Assembly: GCA_965237525.1 (NCBI GenBank)
Contig: CBDEFO010000008.1
Coordinates: 1,760,001-1,824,000, forward strand
Length of the DNA stretch: 64,000 nt
From: Candidatus Latescibacterota bacterium
GTDB lineage: Bacteria > Latescibacterota > CBDEFO01
Direction: 5' to 3'
The notes under the pieces were generated by a model. It did not search any database and was not told where the DNA came from. It was given only the letters and a program-made list of their open reading frames with translations. Positions 19,626 through 29,793 of the stretch are shown in pieces. A program made the position numbers and the translations under genes. Positions within the stretch are counted from its first letter, which is position 1. The number at the start of each line of letters is the position of its first letter.

Positions 19626-20699
19626 TCACATATGATCTGACTGCCACCAGTAAAAGCCTAAAGGAAACAGATCGCTTCCGAAGTCCGATATTTTCTCAGG
19701 TCCAAATATAAGCTTTACCAACTCCCTCCTTCCGAACTCCCCTTCGTTCCCGTTCCATTTTAATCTTACTTTATCTTCATCATCGCGTACGAACACATCG
19801 GAAAGCCCGAACTTGTCGAGCAGGCTTTCGGCGTTTATGACCCTAAACATCCCCACGTAATATACCTCTTTGGGAAATTCCAAATCGTTCAAAGCTCCAG
19901 GGATACCGTCATCTGCATATGGTGTCAAAAATTTGATGAATTTTGGTTGCATCTCTTCGAAGAAATGCCTCACCAGGCTCAGCACAATATCCACATTGCC
20001 ACCGTACTCGTTGACGGAGTAGCTATCTTCTTCTGCTTTTTCTCTCCTTGTGACTATGTAGCCTTCGACTCTGTCATCCTTGATAGCCAAATACACATCG
20101 TGCTTTGGAAGCCCCATTATTGTCCCTGTTAACTCCCTGTCCCTTATCACGCCCAGGCGGTCTCTGTCGTGCAGAGCCTTGATCTGATCTACAAATTTTT
20201 TATCCCTTGCACCCTTTACCACATCACAGCCTTTTAAGGTCGGAAGGAGACCTACATTTCCCCGGTCCACATAATATCTGCACTCCCTACCTCCGTTCTC
20301 CCAACCTAACTTCCTGTAATAGTCATCTATCCCCGTCCACAGGATCGAAAGATCGTAAGCTTCCCCCTTCATCTTCCTTATACAGTCCTCTAACAACATC
20401 CCCGCATATCCTTTCCTCTGATAGTCGGGATCTGTCGCAACGCTCCCTATCCCTCCGACCTTCAAAACTGTATCTTTGACTCTCACATCCACAGGATATA
20501 TGCCCACCTGGCTTATCACCTTACCATCTTTCTTGATGATCCTGAGATTATCCGCATTCGACTCATTCAGAAATTGGGGATAGTCGCCCCCCATACTCGG
20601 ACGTCTATCCTGAAGCGATCGGAACACGTAGTTTATAAGATCTACCGTCTCGCCGAACTCGTCAGGTCTGCAGCCCCTTGGTCCTTCGATATTTTCCAT
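19626..20699 (-). CDS. GNAT-family (Eis-like) acetyltransferase
   Basis: VATDPDYQRKGYA acetyl-CoA motif; YYRKLGW. Confidence 0.85.
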   Translation of the reverse strand: MENIEGPRGCRPDEFGETVDLINYVFRSLQDRRPSMGGDYPQFLNESNADNLRIIKKDGKVISQVGIYPVDVRVKDTVLKVGGIGSVATDPDYQRKGYAGMLLEDCIRKMKGEAYDLSILWTGIDDYYRKLGWENGGRECRYYVDRGNVGLLPTLKGCDVVKGARDKKFVDQIKALHDRDRLGVIRDRELTGTIMGLPKHDVYLAIKDDRVEGYIVTRREKAEEDSYSVNEYGGNVDIVLSLVRHFFEEMQPKFIKFLTPYADDGIPGALNDLEFPKEVYYVGMFRVINAESLLDKFGLSDVFVRDDEDKVRLKWNGNEGEFGRRELVKLIFGPEKISDFGSDLFPLGFYWWQSDHM

Positions 20700-20714
20700 A
20701 ACGCAATTCCTTAG

Positions 20715-20962
20715 CCCGATTAATTCATAAACTTGGTGGAGTCATTGCGAGGAGCAAAGCGGTCCCCGATTGAGTCTATCGGGGAAGCAATCTCAAGGTT
20801 TTATAGTGGTCTCCTATGAGAGCCGGAGAGTATTACATCTACCACAGAATCGGGATTGCTTCGCCTTCGGCTCGCAATAACACCGAAGGTTATTAAACCG
20901 CATAACTATAATATAATACAATCCCTTAATTAATACACGGCCTTTTTTGTGAATTATTCGGG
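20715..20962. mobile_element. Non-autonomous MITE-like element (248 bp) with TTAG target duplication
   Basis: Imperfect TIRs CCCGATTAATTCATAAA / TTTGTGAATTATTCGGG; TTAG at 20711-20714 and 20963-20966; internal GTCATTGCGAG...GCAATC palindrome. Confidence 0.65.
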
Positions 20963-20976
20963 TTAGTTACGCGAGG

Positions 20977-22635
20977 TCACTTTTCATCAAGTAATTTCAA
21001 CTTATCTATCATATTCCTTGCGCGCCGCGAATACCTGTGAGGCGGACTCAATTTCAAAGATTCCCGCAGTTCAAAGAGCGCTTCATCTTTTCTGTCCTCT
21101 TTATAGTAAATCTGACCCAAGTTAAAATGAGGCACATAGTTTTGGGGATTAGCCCTCAACGCCTCCTTGTAGTTCGTTACAGCGCCTGCTATATCTCCAC
21201 TCTTTACTTGGCTATTTCCCAGAAGTATGTGGGCTATGTCGTGTCTGTCGTTTACGTAGATGTCCACGGTGCTGTTGCTGAGAATCCATGTCCAGCAGTG
21301 GGCACCGGAAACGGCTATAATAACCAGCGCCCCACGCATCATCCTTCCTTTGTCCTTCACAAATCTGACCATCAAATATCCTCCCAAAGGCACATATCCC
21401 AGACCCACAACAGCAAAGAGGTCCCAGTCCTCGAACGCCCCTATATCGGGATTCCACACTATGGCGAATACCTGAAAAAAGAGGGCGACCAAGAAGAGAA
21501 AACGAAGATACTGATCTTTGAAATCTATATGCTTAAAATAGAAGAGGAGCACAAAGCATATAGCCGCGGCGCCCGGGAGGCCGGTCAAGATAATCTGATT
21601 TAACACAGCTATTATGTGATCTGTCGAAAACGCAGGATATTGATATAGACTGTAGGATCTATCTCGTAAGAATATGAAGTTCAATCTGGAAAGATGCGTA
21701 TGCGTCAGATGCTCAGGACCGTAGCCTATAATGGAGAACAGGCCGATAGTAGCTCCTATCGGTGCGAGAACCGATAAAACCATTATCCCGAATTGGAGTG
21801 TTCTATCCTTTAGACGTAATCCTTTTGTGCCAGCCAGATAAAGGTATAGTAGTGAAGGCAACAGCCAGCCTGCTAGAACATGCATACATATGCTGAAGGA
21901 CAGAACCAGAGACGGCAGTGCGATTTTGCACCTTCCCTCAAGATAGTACCAACTTATTAGAAGATAAGACACAATCCCCAAAGCTGCAATAGTGTAATTC
22001 TCAACGCTCCCAAAAAAGAGCTCAACAGCCCCCATTGAGAAGAACAGGCCAAAACATAGAGCCCTATCTGTCCACCCGCCCGAAAACGCTCGGCACATAT
22101 AAAGCACGACCAGAACAAATCCCACGCCGCAAAGACAGCTTGTAAGAGCGTACGACTCGGCCGCTCCCCAATCTAACACCCTGTGAAGCCAACTGTAGGT
22201 TACAGAATGAATCAGAAGCTCTAAAGGCTCGTCGAACCACAGATGATAGCCCTTAAGATGAACGTCCAGAGTCAGAAATTCTATCAGATGAATGCTGTCG
22301 CCCAGTTTATAGTTTCTTATCCGCAGGAGCCAGAAAATGGGAAAGAAAGCGGAGCCTATCAAGACATATAGAATCCCTGTCTTTAAGCTCATTACCCTTT
22401 TTCCGATCCAGCCTGCTGCAAACAAAAACCCGATCCATACTTTGTCGTTTATCCACTTGAACCAGACTAACAGCCCTATCAAAGCTAGAACTACACGTAG
22501 AGGTAGAGGAAAGTCGCCAAAGTGATAGAAGGACCAGAGATCCTTTCTGAACAGATCGGAGGGCAGATAGGGAAGCAGGACCATCCCTGCTCCGAAGATG
22601 GCTGTGTATAAGAAGAGATATATATTTTGAAACAT
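20977..22635 (-). CDS. Polytopic membrane protein with C-terminal TPR (possibly GT-C-like)
   Basis: More than 10 hydrophobic segments; GD, VENY and DWDLF loop motifs; TPR tail. Confidence 0.65.
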   Translation of the reverse strand: MFQNIYLFLYTAIFGAGMVLLPYLPSDLFRKDLWSFYHFGDFPLPLRVVLALIGLLVWFKWINDKVWIGFLFAAGWIGKRVMSLKTGILYVLIGSAFFPIFWLLRIRNYKLGDSIHLIEFLTLDVHLKGYHLWFDEPLELLIHSVTYSWLHRVLDWGAAESYALTSCLCGVGFVLVVLYMCRAFSGGWTDRALCFGLFFSMGAVELFFGSVENYTIAALGIVSYLLISWYYLEGRCKIALPSLVLSFSICMHVLAGWLLPSLLYLYLAGTKGLRLKDRTLQFGIMVLSVLAPIGATIGLFSIIGYGPEHLTHTHLSRLNFIFLRDRSYSLYQYPAFSTDHIIAVLNQIILTGLPGAAAICFVLLFYFKHIDFKDQYLRFLFLVALFFQVFAIVWNPDIGAFEDWDLFAVVGLGYVPLGGYLMVRFVKDKGRMMRGALVIIAVSGAHCWTWILSNSTVDIYVNDRHDIAHILLGNSQVKSGDIAGAVTNYKEALRANPQNYVPHFNLGQIYYKEDRKDEALFELRESLKLSPPHRYSRRARNMIDKLKLLDEK

Positions 22636-22782
22636 TGGAGATTAATTAAGTAGACGCTGTGTAGGGGCGATATGCCAGGGCGCTTTGTTGGGGAGGATGA
22701 AGTGACGGCAGAAATCCACGAAGTGGTCGCCCAGACTTCTGGGTGACCCAGGACCTACGTTCAAGGGAAGCAGTGCAGTTCC

Positions 22783-23880
22783 TCAAATCCTACCGTCTTT
22801 CAGGAATAAGCTCAACTCCTCTTTTGCCATGCCCCGAATTCCCAGATCTTCCACGGTTCTGCCTGACTTCCAACAGTCTTCGTGCACTACGATCGAAGCG
22901 ATCTCCACCAGGGATCTCATAACAGGTGTGGAGACACCGAACTGCTCCGCGATGGAGATCCAGGTGACCAGTCCGTAGGGGACATCCTCCGTCAGCCAGC
23001 GGTTCTGGAGGTTCACCGGAGCCCTCAACTGGGTCAACATCCTGCTCCCGTTGATTACCTCCCAGATTGTGCCTTTGGGTCCGAACCCCGCGCGGTGGAA
23101 GCCTTCCTCCACAGAAGAGAGGTCTATTCCAACGGCCAAACCTATCGCCCGGCGTTCATCGTCCACTTTCTTGATGACGTCCGCTACAGCGGGTGAGATG
23201 CCTTCTTCGTAAAAGTAGAACTCCCCCTTTGAGTACTCTATCCGGCCTGCGTTCATCAGCACTCCTGCAGGATGAACTACAGGGTTCATGCTGCCTAGCC
23301 CGCACTCCAGCGCGCTGGAGTGCGGAGCAATCCCAGGGAATACATCCTTGAGCATTTCCGCCACATACTCTGTCTTTGCGGAAGGCAAAACGCCCAGTCC
23401 AAGACCTGTCACTATGCCCCAGATGTGCGCCTCGTTCGGAGCGACCTTGCGGCAGACGTAGGGTGACGTATCGGTCTCCCCAAGGATCATACCTTCGCCT
23501 TTCCCCGAATCTCGCAATATCTTGGAAAACTCAAGCGTTCCTAACGTTCCAGGCAAAAGGACGACGACCTGCCTCCTATCAAGATGTGGAGCGCACACCT
23601 GGGCGAAGGGTTTATGGGCATAAGCGGGGACGCTGATGAATATAAGTTCTTTGCCCTCAAGGGCTTCTTGGATATCCGTCGTAACCTTATGTATTCTGGC
23701 AGTTCCTGCTTCTGCGACTCCTGCAAGGTGTATCTCTTTGGTCTGTCGAAGAACTTCTATGTTATTTTCAAACCCAGGAATCTCGTACAGAGTAATCTCG
23801 TAGCCCCTCAATGTCAGATTCGCTGCGATGGAAAAGGCCGTGTTGCCGCCGCCCAAGACTGCAATAGATTTTGGGTTCAT
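22783..23880 (-). CDS. NAD/NADP octopine/nopaline (opine) dehydrogenase family
   Basis: GGGNTA Rossmann motif, NPVVHP, RWLTEDVPYGL. Confidence 0.88.
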   Translation of the reverse strand: MNPKSIAVLGGGNTAFSIAANLTLRGYEITLYEIPGFENNIEVLRQTKEIHLAGVAEAGTARIHKVTTDIQEALEGKELIFISVPAYAHKPFAQVCAPHLDRRQVVVLLPGTLGTLEFSKILRDSGKGEGMILGETDTSPYVCRKVAPNEAHIWGIVTGLGLGVLPSAKTEYVAEMLKDVFPGIAPHSSALECGLGSMNPVVHPAGVLMNAGRIEYSKGEFYFYEEGISPAVADVIKKVDDERRAIGLAVGIDLSSVEEGFHRAGFGPKGTIWEVINGSRMLTQLRAPVNLQNRWLTEDVPYGLVTWISIAEQFGVSTPVMRSLVEIASIVVHEDCWKSGRTVEDLGIRGMAKEELSLFLKDGRI

Positions 23881-24314
23881 ATCCGCCTCCTTTATGAGAT
23901 CATAATCTAATCCAAAAGTTCGGCACGTGCAACTGTAATATCTTCAAAAGGGCGTAACGTGACGCTTGAATATAACACAGCTTGAGCTTAGACACAATAT
24001 TTTAGTAGACAGAACAACCCTCTCTATGACTGGTTGACTTAGACCGCTTGGAGGAGCGCTTTCGGATGGACGTGGAAGGAAGGTTGAGAAAGTCCTGCGG
24101 AAGGAGGAATTGAGGATGTAAGCTCATAATGACAGTTTGCTTGCTCTTGCCTTTTGTCATTTGAAGGGACACAACTGATGGGTCAGACATTCCTCTATCA
24201 ATTTTACTCTGCGGTGTGGGCAGAAGGAGTGCAATCAGGAAGGCTTATACACAAAATAATAAGGGCGATCGCACAGGATCGCCCTTCATGTCTGATTTAG
24301 GCTGTAGAAGGCTT

Positions 24315-25592
24315 TCAGACCACAACGGTCTGCTCCCTTTCAAATCCTACCGAGATCAGGAATATAGGTGTCCCGACAACCTGGTGCATTCTATCCAGGT
24401 AGCGTTTTGCGGCGTCGGGGAGCTCGTCGAAGTTTCTGATGTCGTTGGTTGGCGTCATCCAGCCGTCCAATTCCTCGTATATAGGCTTGCAACCTTCAAG
24501 GATTCGGTGATCGCTCGGGAATTCTGTTATTGTCTTTCCTTCATAGCTGTACGCTGTGCAGATATTGATCTTGGGGAAAGAATCCAGCACATCCATCTTG
24601 GTTATGGCCAGAGTGTCCAATGCGTTGACTCTGGCGGACATCCTGACCGGAACTGCGTCGAACCATCCGCACCTTCTGGGTCTGCCCGTGGTGGCGCCGT
24701 ACTCGCCGCGTCCGATCTGGCGCATCATCTCTCCAGTGCTGTCCGAAAGTTCTGTGGGAAACGGCCCCGTCCCGACTCTCGTAGTGTAGGCTTTAGCTAC
24801 TCCTATAACCTCATCTATCATTTTGGGGCCTATGCCCGCGCCTGTGCACGCAGCGCCAGCTACGGTGTTAGAAGATGTCACGAAGGGATATGTCCCGTGA
24901 TCCATGTCCAACAGTGTGGCTTGGGCGCCTTCAAAGAGAATATGTTTGCCTTCATCTATAGCCTCATTCAAGAGGATAGAAATATCTCTGACATAAGGTG
25001 CTATTCTGTCCTTTAACTCCAGGTATGCCGTTAGGAGCTTCTGCTCATCAATGGGGTCTTTTTTGTATATCTGCCTTAAAACCTGGTTTTTTTCCCTTAC
25101 GTTGAAGGCGAGCTTCTCTTTGAAGGTCTCCTCATTTAAGAGATCTCCCACCCTTATTCCTATTCTGGCCACCTTGTCGGCGTAGCATGGACCTATGCCT
25201 CTGATAGTAGTCCCGAGCTTGTCTTTACCTTTCCTCTCCTCTTCGGCCTGATCTAGAAGTTTGTGATATGGCATCACCAAATGAGCGTTTTGGCTTATGA
25301 AGAGTCTTCCTTCTACTGAAATCCCTTTGTTTTCGAGTTCATCTATCTCCTCCAAGAGCGTCTCAAGGGATATCACGACTCCGTTTCCTATTACGCATAT
25401 CTTGTTCGGGTGTATTATCCCGGCGGGAACGAGGTGGAAGATGTACTCCTTGCCGTCAACTATCACAGTATGTCCCGCATTGGCTCCTCCCTGGAATCTG
25501 ACGACTATATCGGCGTCCTTGGTCAGATAATCGACGACCTTAGCTTTTCCTTCGTCGCCCCATTGGGTTCCTACGATCACCTTGGTTGGCAT
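24315..25592 (-). CDS. purA: Adenylosuccinate synthetase
   Basis: QWGDEGKAK, GGANAGHT and GATTGRPRRCGW. Confidence 0.97.
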   Translation of the reverse strand: MPTKVIVGTQWGDEGKAKVVDYLTKDADIVVRFQGGANAGHTVIVDGKEYIFHLVPAGIIHPNKICVIGNGVVISLETLLEEIDELENKGISVEGRLFISQNAHLVMPYHKLLDQAEEERKGKDKLGTTIRGIGPCYADKVARIGIRVGDLLNEETFKEKLAFNVREKNQVLRQIYKKDPIDEQKLLTAYLELKDRIAPYVRDISILLNEAIDEGKHILFEGAQATLLDMDHGTYPFVTSSNTVAGAACTGAGIGPKMIDEVIGVAKAYTTRVGTGPFPTELSDSTGEMMRQIGRGEYGATTGRPRRCGWFDAVPVRMSARVNALDTLAITKMDVLDSFPKINICTAYSYEGKTITEFPSDHRILEGCKPIYEELDGWMTPTNDIRNFDELPDAAKRYLDRMHQVVGTPIFLISVGFEREQTVVV

Positions 25593-25634
25593 GGATCACA
25601 CCCCAATCTTTATGAGTTCTTACCTTTTTTGCAC

Positions 25635-25667
25635 AAAAAAACTCCGAACAACGATGCGGTTCGAAGT
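25635..25667 (-). terminator. Terminator-like hairpin in the purA leader
   Basis: ACTTCGAAC-9 nt-GTTCGGAGT followed by six T. Confidence 0.65.
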
Positions 25668-25674
25668 CCTGATT

Positions 25675-25703
25675 ACTATAACACATCTTCAGATGGTTGT
25701 CAA
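25675..25703 (-). promoter_or_regulatory. sigma70-type promoter for purA
   Basis: TTGACA-17 bp-TATAGT. Confidence 0.75.
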
Positions 25704-25811
25704 GAGAAAAATTCATCTGGCGGCAAACGCTTTGATCGTTACAAGTGCGGTTCTCCAATCGCTTAGCGATTCATAGTGATCCCGAGACTATCTATCGGAT
25801 TAGATTGAGAC

Positions 25812-25840
25812 TTGACAGGCCATTACAAATATCGTATAAT
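25812..25840 (+). promoter_or_regulatory. Consensus sigma70 promoter for the divergent SDR gene
   Basis: TTGACA-17 bp-TATAAT, perfect match. Confidence 0.85.
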
Positions 25841-25936
25841 CTTATTGTTCGCCGCAGGGGCAGGATTTAGTGTAGAAAGGCCGGGCTTTTCAAACCCGAT
25901 AGATTCAATCGGGGTGTCTCTCAAGGAGAGATAGCT

Positions 25937-26869
25937 TTGAAGATTCTCATCACAGGCGGAGCGGGATTTATCGGATCACACCTCTGTGACTTTCTGCTGG
26001 AAAAGGGACACCAGGTGATATGCATGGACAACCTCTTGACCGGCAGCCCCGATAACGTCAGCCATCTTTTCGGGAGAGAGCGATTCCAGTTTATAGAATA
26101 CAACGTCACCGATTACATACATGTACTTGGGAAATTGGACTTTATCCTTCACTTTGCAAGCCCAGCAAGTCCGAAGGATTATCTGCAGTTCCCGATACAG
26201 ACTCTGAAGGTAGGAGCGCTCGGAACGCATAAGACGCTGGGACTTGCAAGAGCCAAAGCAGCAAAGTATCTTTTGGCCTCCACATCTGAGTCCTACGGAG
26301 ATCCGCTGGTGCACCCTCAAAGCGAGGACTACTGGGGGAATGTGAATCCCATTGGTGTTAGGGGTGTCTATGACGAGGCCAAGAGGTTCGCTGAGGCTAT
26401 GACTATGGCGTACCGCAGGACGCACGGTGTGGACACAAGGATTGTGAGAATATTCAACACGCACGGACCTAGGATGCGAAGGGACGACGGGAGAGCTATA
26501 CCCACGTTTGTCGCTCAAGCGCTTGCCGATGAGGACGTCACGGTGTTCGGAGACGGGTGGCAGACGAGGAGTATATGCTATATTTCAGACCTTGCGGACG
26601 GAATCTATAGACTTATGCTCTCGGACGTGACTACCCTCGTCAATATCGGAAATCCCTCGGAAATTACGATATTGGATTTGGCCGAAAAGATAATAGAGAT
26701 AACCAAAAGTAAGAGCAACATAGTCTTCAAGACCCTTCCCGAAGACGACCCCAAGGTGAGACAGCCTGATATTTCAAAGGCGAAGAAGCTTTTAGAGTGG
26801 GAGCCGAAGGTATCCTTGGAGGAGGGATTAAAGAATACTATCGAATGGTTCAAAACTAGTAGACAGTAG
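25937..26869 (+). CDS. UDP-glucuronate decarboxylase-family NAD-dependent epimerase/dehydratase
   Basis: [22 protein letters not shown] and [10 protein letters not shown]. Confidence 0.92.
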   Translation: MKILITGGAGFIGSHLCDFLLEKGHQVICMDNLLTGSPDNVSHLFGRERFQFIEYNVTDYIHVLGKLDFILHFASPASPKDYLQFPIQTLKVGALGTHKTLGLARAKAAKYLLASTSESYGDPLVHPQSEDYWGNVNPIGVRGVYDEAKRFAEAMTMAYRRTHGVDTRIVRIFNTHGPRMRRDDGRAIPTFVAQALADEDVTVFGDGWQTRSICYISDLADGIYRLMLSDVTTLVNIGNPSEITILDLAEKIIEITKSKSNIVFKTLPEDDPKVRQPDISKAKKLLEWEPKVSLEEGLKNTIEWFKTSRQ

Positions 26870-27081
26870 ACAGGGCACCACCTCTCACCCCTTGAGATTG
26901 GTTCTGCTGCGCAACTCCTGACGGGGTCGGGCTTGCAGCTCTTGTAACGACCAAGAATCTCAGGAGATGTCATTGAGAGGTTGAGTGGCTGGTTTGCTGG
27001 GTGACAGCAATCCACGAAGTAAACGAAGCAATCTTGTAGACAGTGGATAGGTAGGAGCAGGAAGAGTTGCCTGTACGCTCT

Positions 27082-28581
27082 CTACTGTTTGCTGTGTAGC
27101 GCTTTTATCGCCTCCGCTATAAGTTCGACCTCATTGTCGTGAACGGTCCTCATGTCCAAAAATACCCTGTTATTCCTCACATAACCTACTATCGGAGGAT
27201 TATTCGCTCTCAAAAGAGCCGAGACCTTCGAAGCGGAGGTGGTGCAACCTGCACTCTGTGTGCGATCGCTGCTTGCCGAAATCTCCTTGGGACTTATCGA
27301 AACGGCAGCGCTCTGGATCGGCTCCAAAGGGAGTGCTCCGCTTCCCGTCTGAGCCTCGGTCTCCTCCAATTTTAAATCCAGGTTGTTTTTTACATCGTCT
27401 AACATTCCTAGCAACCTCCTGCCCCTATCCTTAACAGTATCCAACCCCTCCGTCATCATCCTTAAGACTGGATGGGTCTTTGCTAGTTCCCCTTCCTGAA
27501 GATAGAGCTTCAAAGTCCCCTCCAGAGCCCCGTATATCAGCTTGTCGCACCTTAAAGTCCTCATAAGCGGATTCTGCTTGATCATATCTATAAATTCCCT
27601 CTTTCCTATAATTAGCCCCGCCTGAGGTCCGCCCAGCACCTTATCTCCGCTGAACGTTACTACATCCGCGCCCCTTTCTATGCTCTCTTTTGCGACCGGT
27701 TCATAGGGAAGTCCATATCTCGTTAGATCTATCAGAGCCCCGCTACCCAGGTCGTTGACAACGGGAATTCCACACTCAGTCCCTAACTTTATCAATTCAT
27801 CCAGACCGACTTGGGCCGTAAAACCGGTAATCTTATAGTTGCTCTGATGAACCCGGAGGATGAGGCCGGTCTTTTCACATATCGCGCTCTGATAATCCTT
27901 AAGGTGAGTCCTGTTCGTCGTTCCGACCTCAATCATCTTGGCCCCGCTCTTGTCCACAACGTCGGGGATCCTGAACGAGCCCCCGATCTCGATCAACTCC
28001 CCTCTGGATACTATGGTCTCCTTACCGAAGGACAGTGTGTTCAAAACCAAAAAGACCGCAGCTGCGTTGTTATTGACCACTGCCGCGGCCTCTGCATTCG
28101 TCAACTGTCTCAACAGTTTCTCGACGTGATCTGTTCTGTGCCCTCTTTCGCCCGATTCTAAGTCTATCTCTAAGTTGCAGTACCCCTGCGAAATCTCCAT
28201 CAGCCTCTGCCCTGCTGTCTCTGAAAGGGGAGCGCGCCCCAAGTTGGTATGAAGGATAATGCCCGTCGCGTTTATGACTCTTTTCAGGTTCGTCTGAAGC
28301 ATCTCCTCTGTCTTCTCTCCCACAGACCTGGCTATCTCTCCGATAATCTCATCTCTGTCTATATCTCTTTCGTCTTCGCCTGAAATAATTCGGCGCTTGA
28401 ACTCCTCCAGGCCCTCCCTGACGACGTCCACGATCATCTTTCTGGAATACCTCGAACAGAGCTTATCCACCTCAGGCAGGGATAGAATGCTGTCCACAGA
28501 GGGGAGCTTTGAAAGCAAAGTATGATTTGCTCTGCTCTTTGGCATCTTTAGTGTCTTTCTCACAGTAGCTGCAATATCCAA
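27082..28581 (-). CDS. selA: L-seryl-tRNA(Sec) selenium transferase
   Basis: VINATGIILHTNLGRA, EIGGSFR, EVGTTNRT and SGDKVLGGPQAG. Confidence 0.95.
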   Translation of the reverse strand: MDIAATVRKTLKMPKSRANHTLLSKLPSVDSILSLPEVDKLCSRYSRKMIVDVVREGLEEFKRRIISGEDERDIDRDEIIGEIARSVGEKTEEMLQTNLKRVINATGIILHTNLGRAPLSETAGQRLMEISQGYCNLEIDLESGERGHRTDHVEKLLRQLTNAEAAAVVNNNAAAVFLVLNTLSFGKETIVSRGELIEIGGSFRIPDVVDKSGAKMIEVGTTNRTHLKDYQSAICEKTGLILRVHQSNYKITGFTAQVGLDELIKLGTECGIPVVNDLGSGALIDLTRYGLPYEPVAKESIERGADVVTFSGDKVLGGPQAGLIIGKREFIDMIKQNPLMRTLRCDKLIYGALEGTLKLYLQEGELAKTHPVLRMMTEGLDTVKDRGRRLLGMLDDVKNNLDLKLEETEAQTGSGALPLEPIQSAAVSISPKEISASSDRTQSAGCTTSASKVSALLRANNPPIVGYVRNNRVFLDMRTVHDNEVELIAEAIKALHSKQ

Positions 28582-28594
28582 CTATCGAGTCTGT

Positions 28595-29626
28595 TTATAT
28601 CTCCTCCAGAAGGTCGTCCACATTCACGACGCAGTTCCCCTCTATTGAACGATACGAGGCCTCGATGATCGCCACGGTCTTCAGATTATCCTCTGCCTCG
28701 CACAGAAAGGGCTTACCTTTGTCCAGTGCCTCAATGTAATGTCTCATACCGTTCCCTAACGCATCGGGCATCCAACTGCCCTTAATTTCGGGATATATCC
28801 TTGTGCCTTCTGACGTGGTTATGCATATCTCCTCAGATGTCCCCCATATACAGCCTCTATCGCCCTGGATGACGATCTCCTCGCGCGAATGTGGCCGGCG
28901 CCCATCTTTTCCCCTGAAGCACCAGTTGTTGATAACGACACACACAACGCCGTTCTTGAACTTAATATTTAGCACGCCTAAACTCTCAGCCAGAACCCCC
29001 TTCTGAGATGCGTCAGCGGCGGCCACAGCGTAGACAGTATCCGCATCTCCGAACCAATGTCTGACCAAGGCAAGGTGATGCACCGCCACGTCGCTTATGA
29101 TCCATCTTTTTCCCTTGGCGAACCAGTGATCCTTTGAGACATCTACCCAGGACCTGTTCTCTATCTGGCAGTAGTAGGGAGTTCCTATACAGCGCTCGTC
29201 CCGCACGTATGGTTTTATCGCCTGAAACCCCGGTACAAATACCGAATTCTGGTTCACCATCATCGGAGCGCCGTAGGACTTGGCTATATCCACTAACTCT
29301 TTGGCCTCGGAAAGATACGACATAAGAGGCTTCTGTATAAAGATCGCCCTGCCCTTTTTTGCCGCATATTCCACAATCGGTGCCCTGATCTCGAGCTTGT
29401 GGGGCACAGTTATGTCTACTATCCTCACGTCGTCTCTGTCTATTAACTCTCGAAAATCGGTGTAGAGGTCTTCGATCCCGAACTCTTCTTTTGCAACTTT
29501 GAAGCGCTCTTCGTCTATATCTGCGCCAGCCACTACTTTCAACCCATAAAGCCTGTAGCCTTCAAGGTGCCAGCGCGAGATACCTCCCAAGCCTACAACA
29601 CCGATGCCCCAACTTGATATGTCCAT
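28595..29626 (-). CDS. Gfo/Idh/MocA-family oxidoreductase
   Basis: GVVGLGGIS, IQKP and DVAVH motifs. Confidence 0.88.
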   Translation of the reverse strand: MDISSWGIGVVGLGGISRWHLEGYRLYGLKVVAGADIDEERFKVAKEEFGIEDLYTDFRELIDRDDVRIVDITVPHKLEIRAPIVEYAAKKGRAIFIQKPLMSYLSEAKELVDIAKSYGAPMMVNQNSVFVPGFQAIKPYVRDERCIGTPYYCQIENRSWVDVSKDHWFAKGKRWIISDVAVHHLALVRHWFGDADTVYAVAAADASQKGVLAESLGVLNIKFKNGVVCVVINNWCFRGKDGRRPHSREEIVIQGDRGCIWGTSEEICITTSEGTRIYPEIKGSWMPDALGNGMRHYIEALDKGKPFLCEAEDNLKTVAIIEASYRSIEGNCVVNVDDLLEEI

Positions 29627-29793
29627 TTCTTCTTTTGCTCCTTCGAATGTGGGGGTGAACCCCAATGTGCTGGGTCAAACCACTTCGGCGTAGGTTGGCA
29701 CCTGACCTCAGCAAGGCGGCCCTGCACCCCTGTCTGACATGCCTAAATCGGGGCAGACGCACGGGTATCTCCCTGAAGATCTATCGTACGTCC

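Noticed and set aside
23900..24260. Small gene or ncRNA between the opine dehydrogenase and purA
   Set aside because: Only short stop-interrupted frames and no convincing fold; probably decayed sequence
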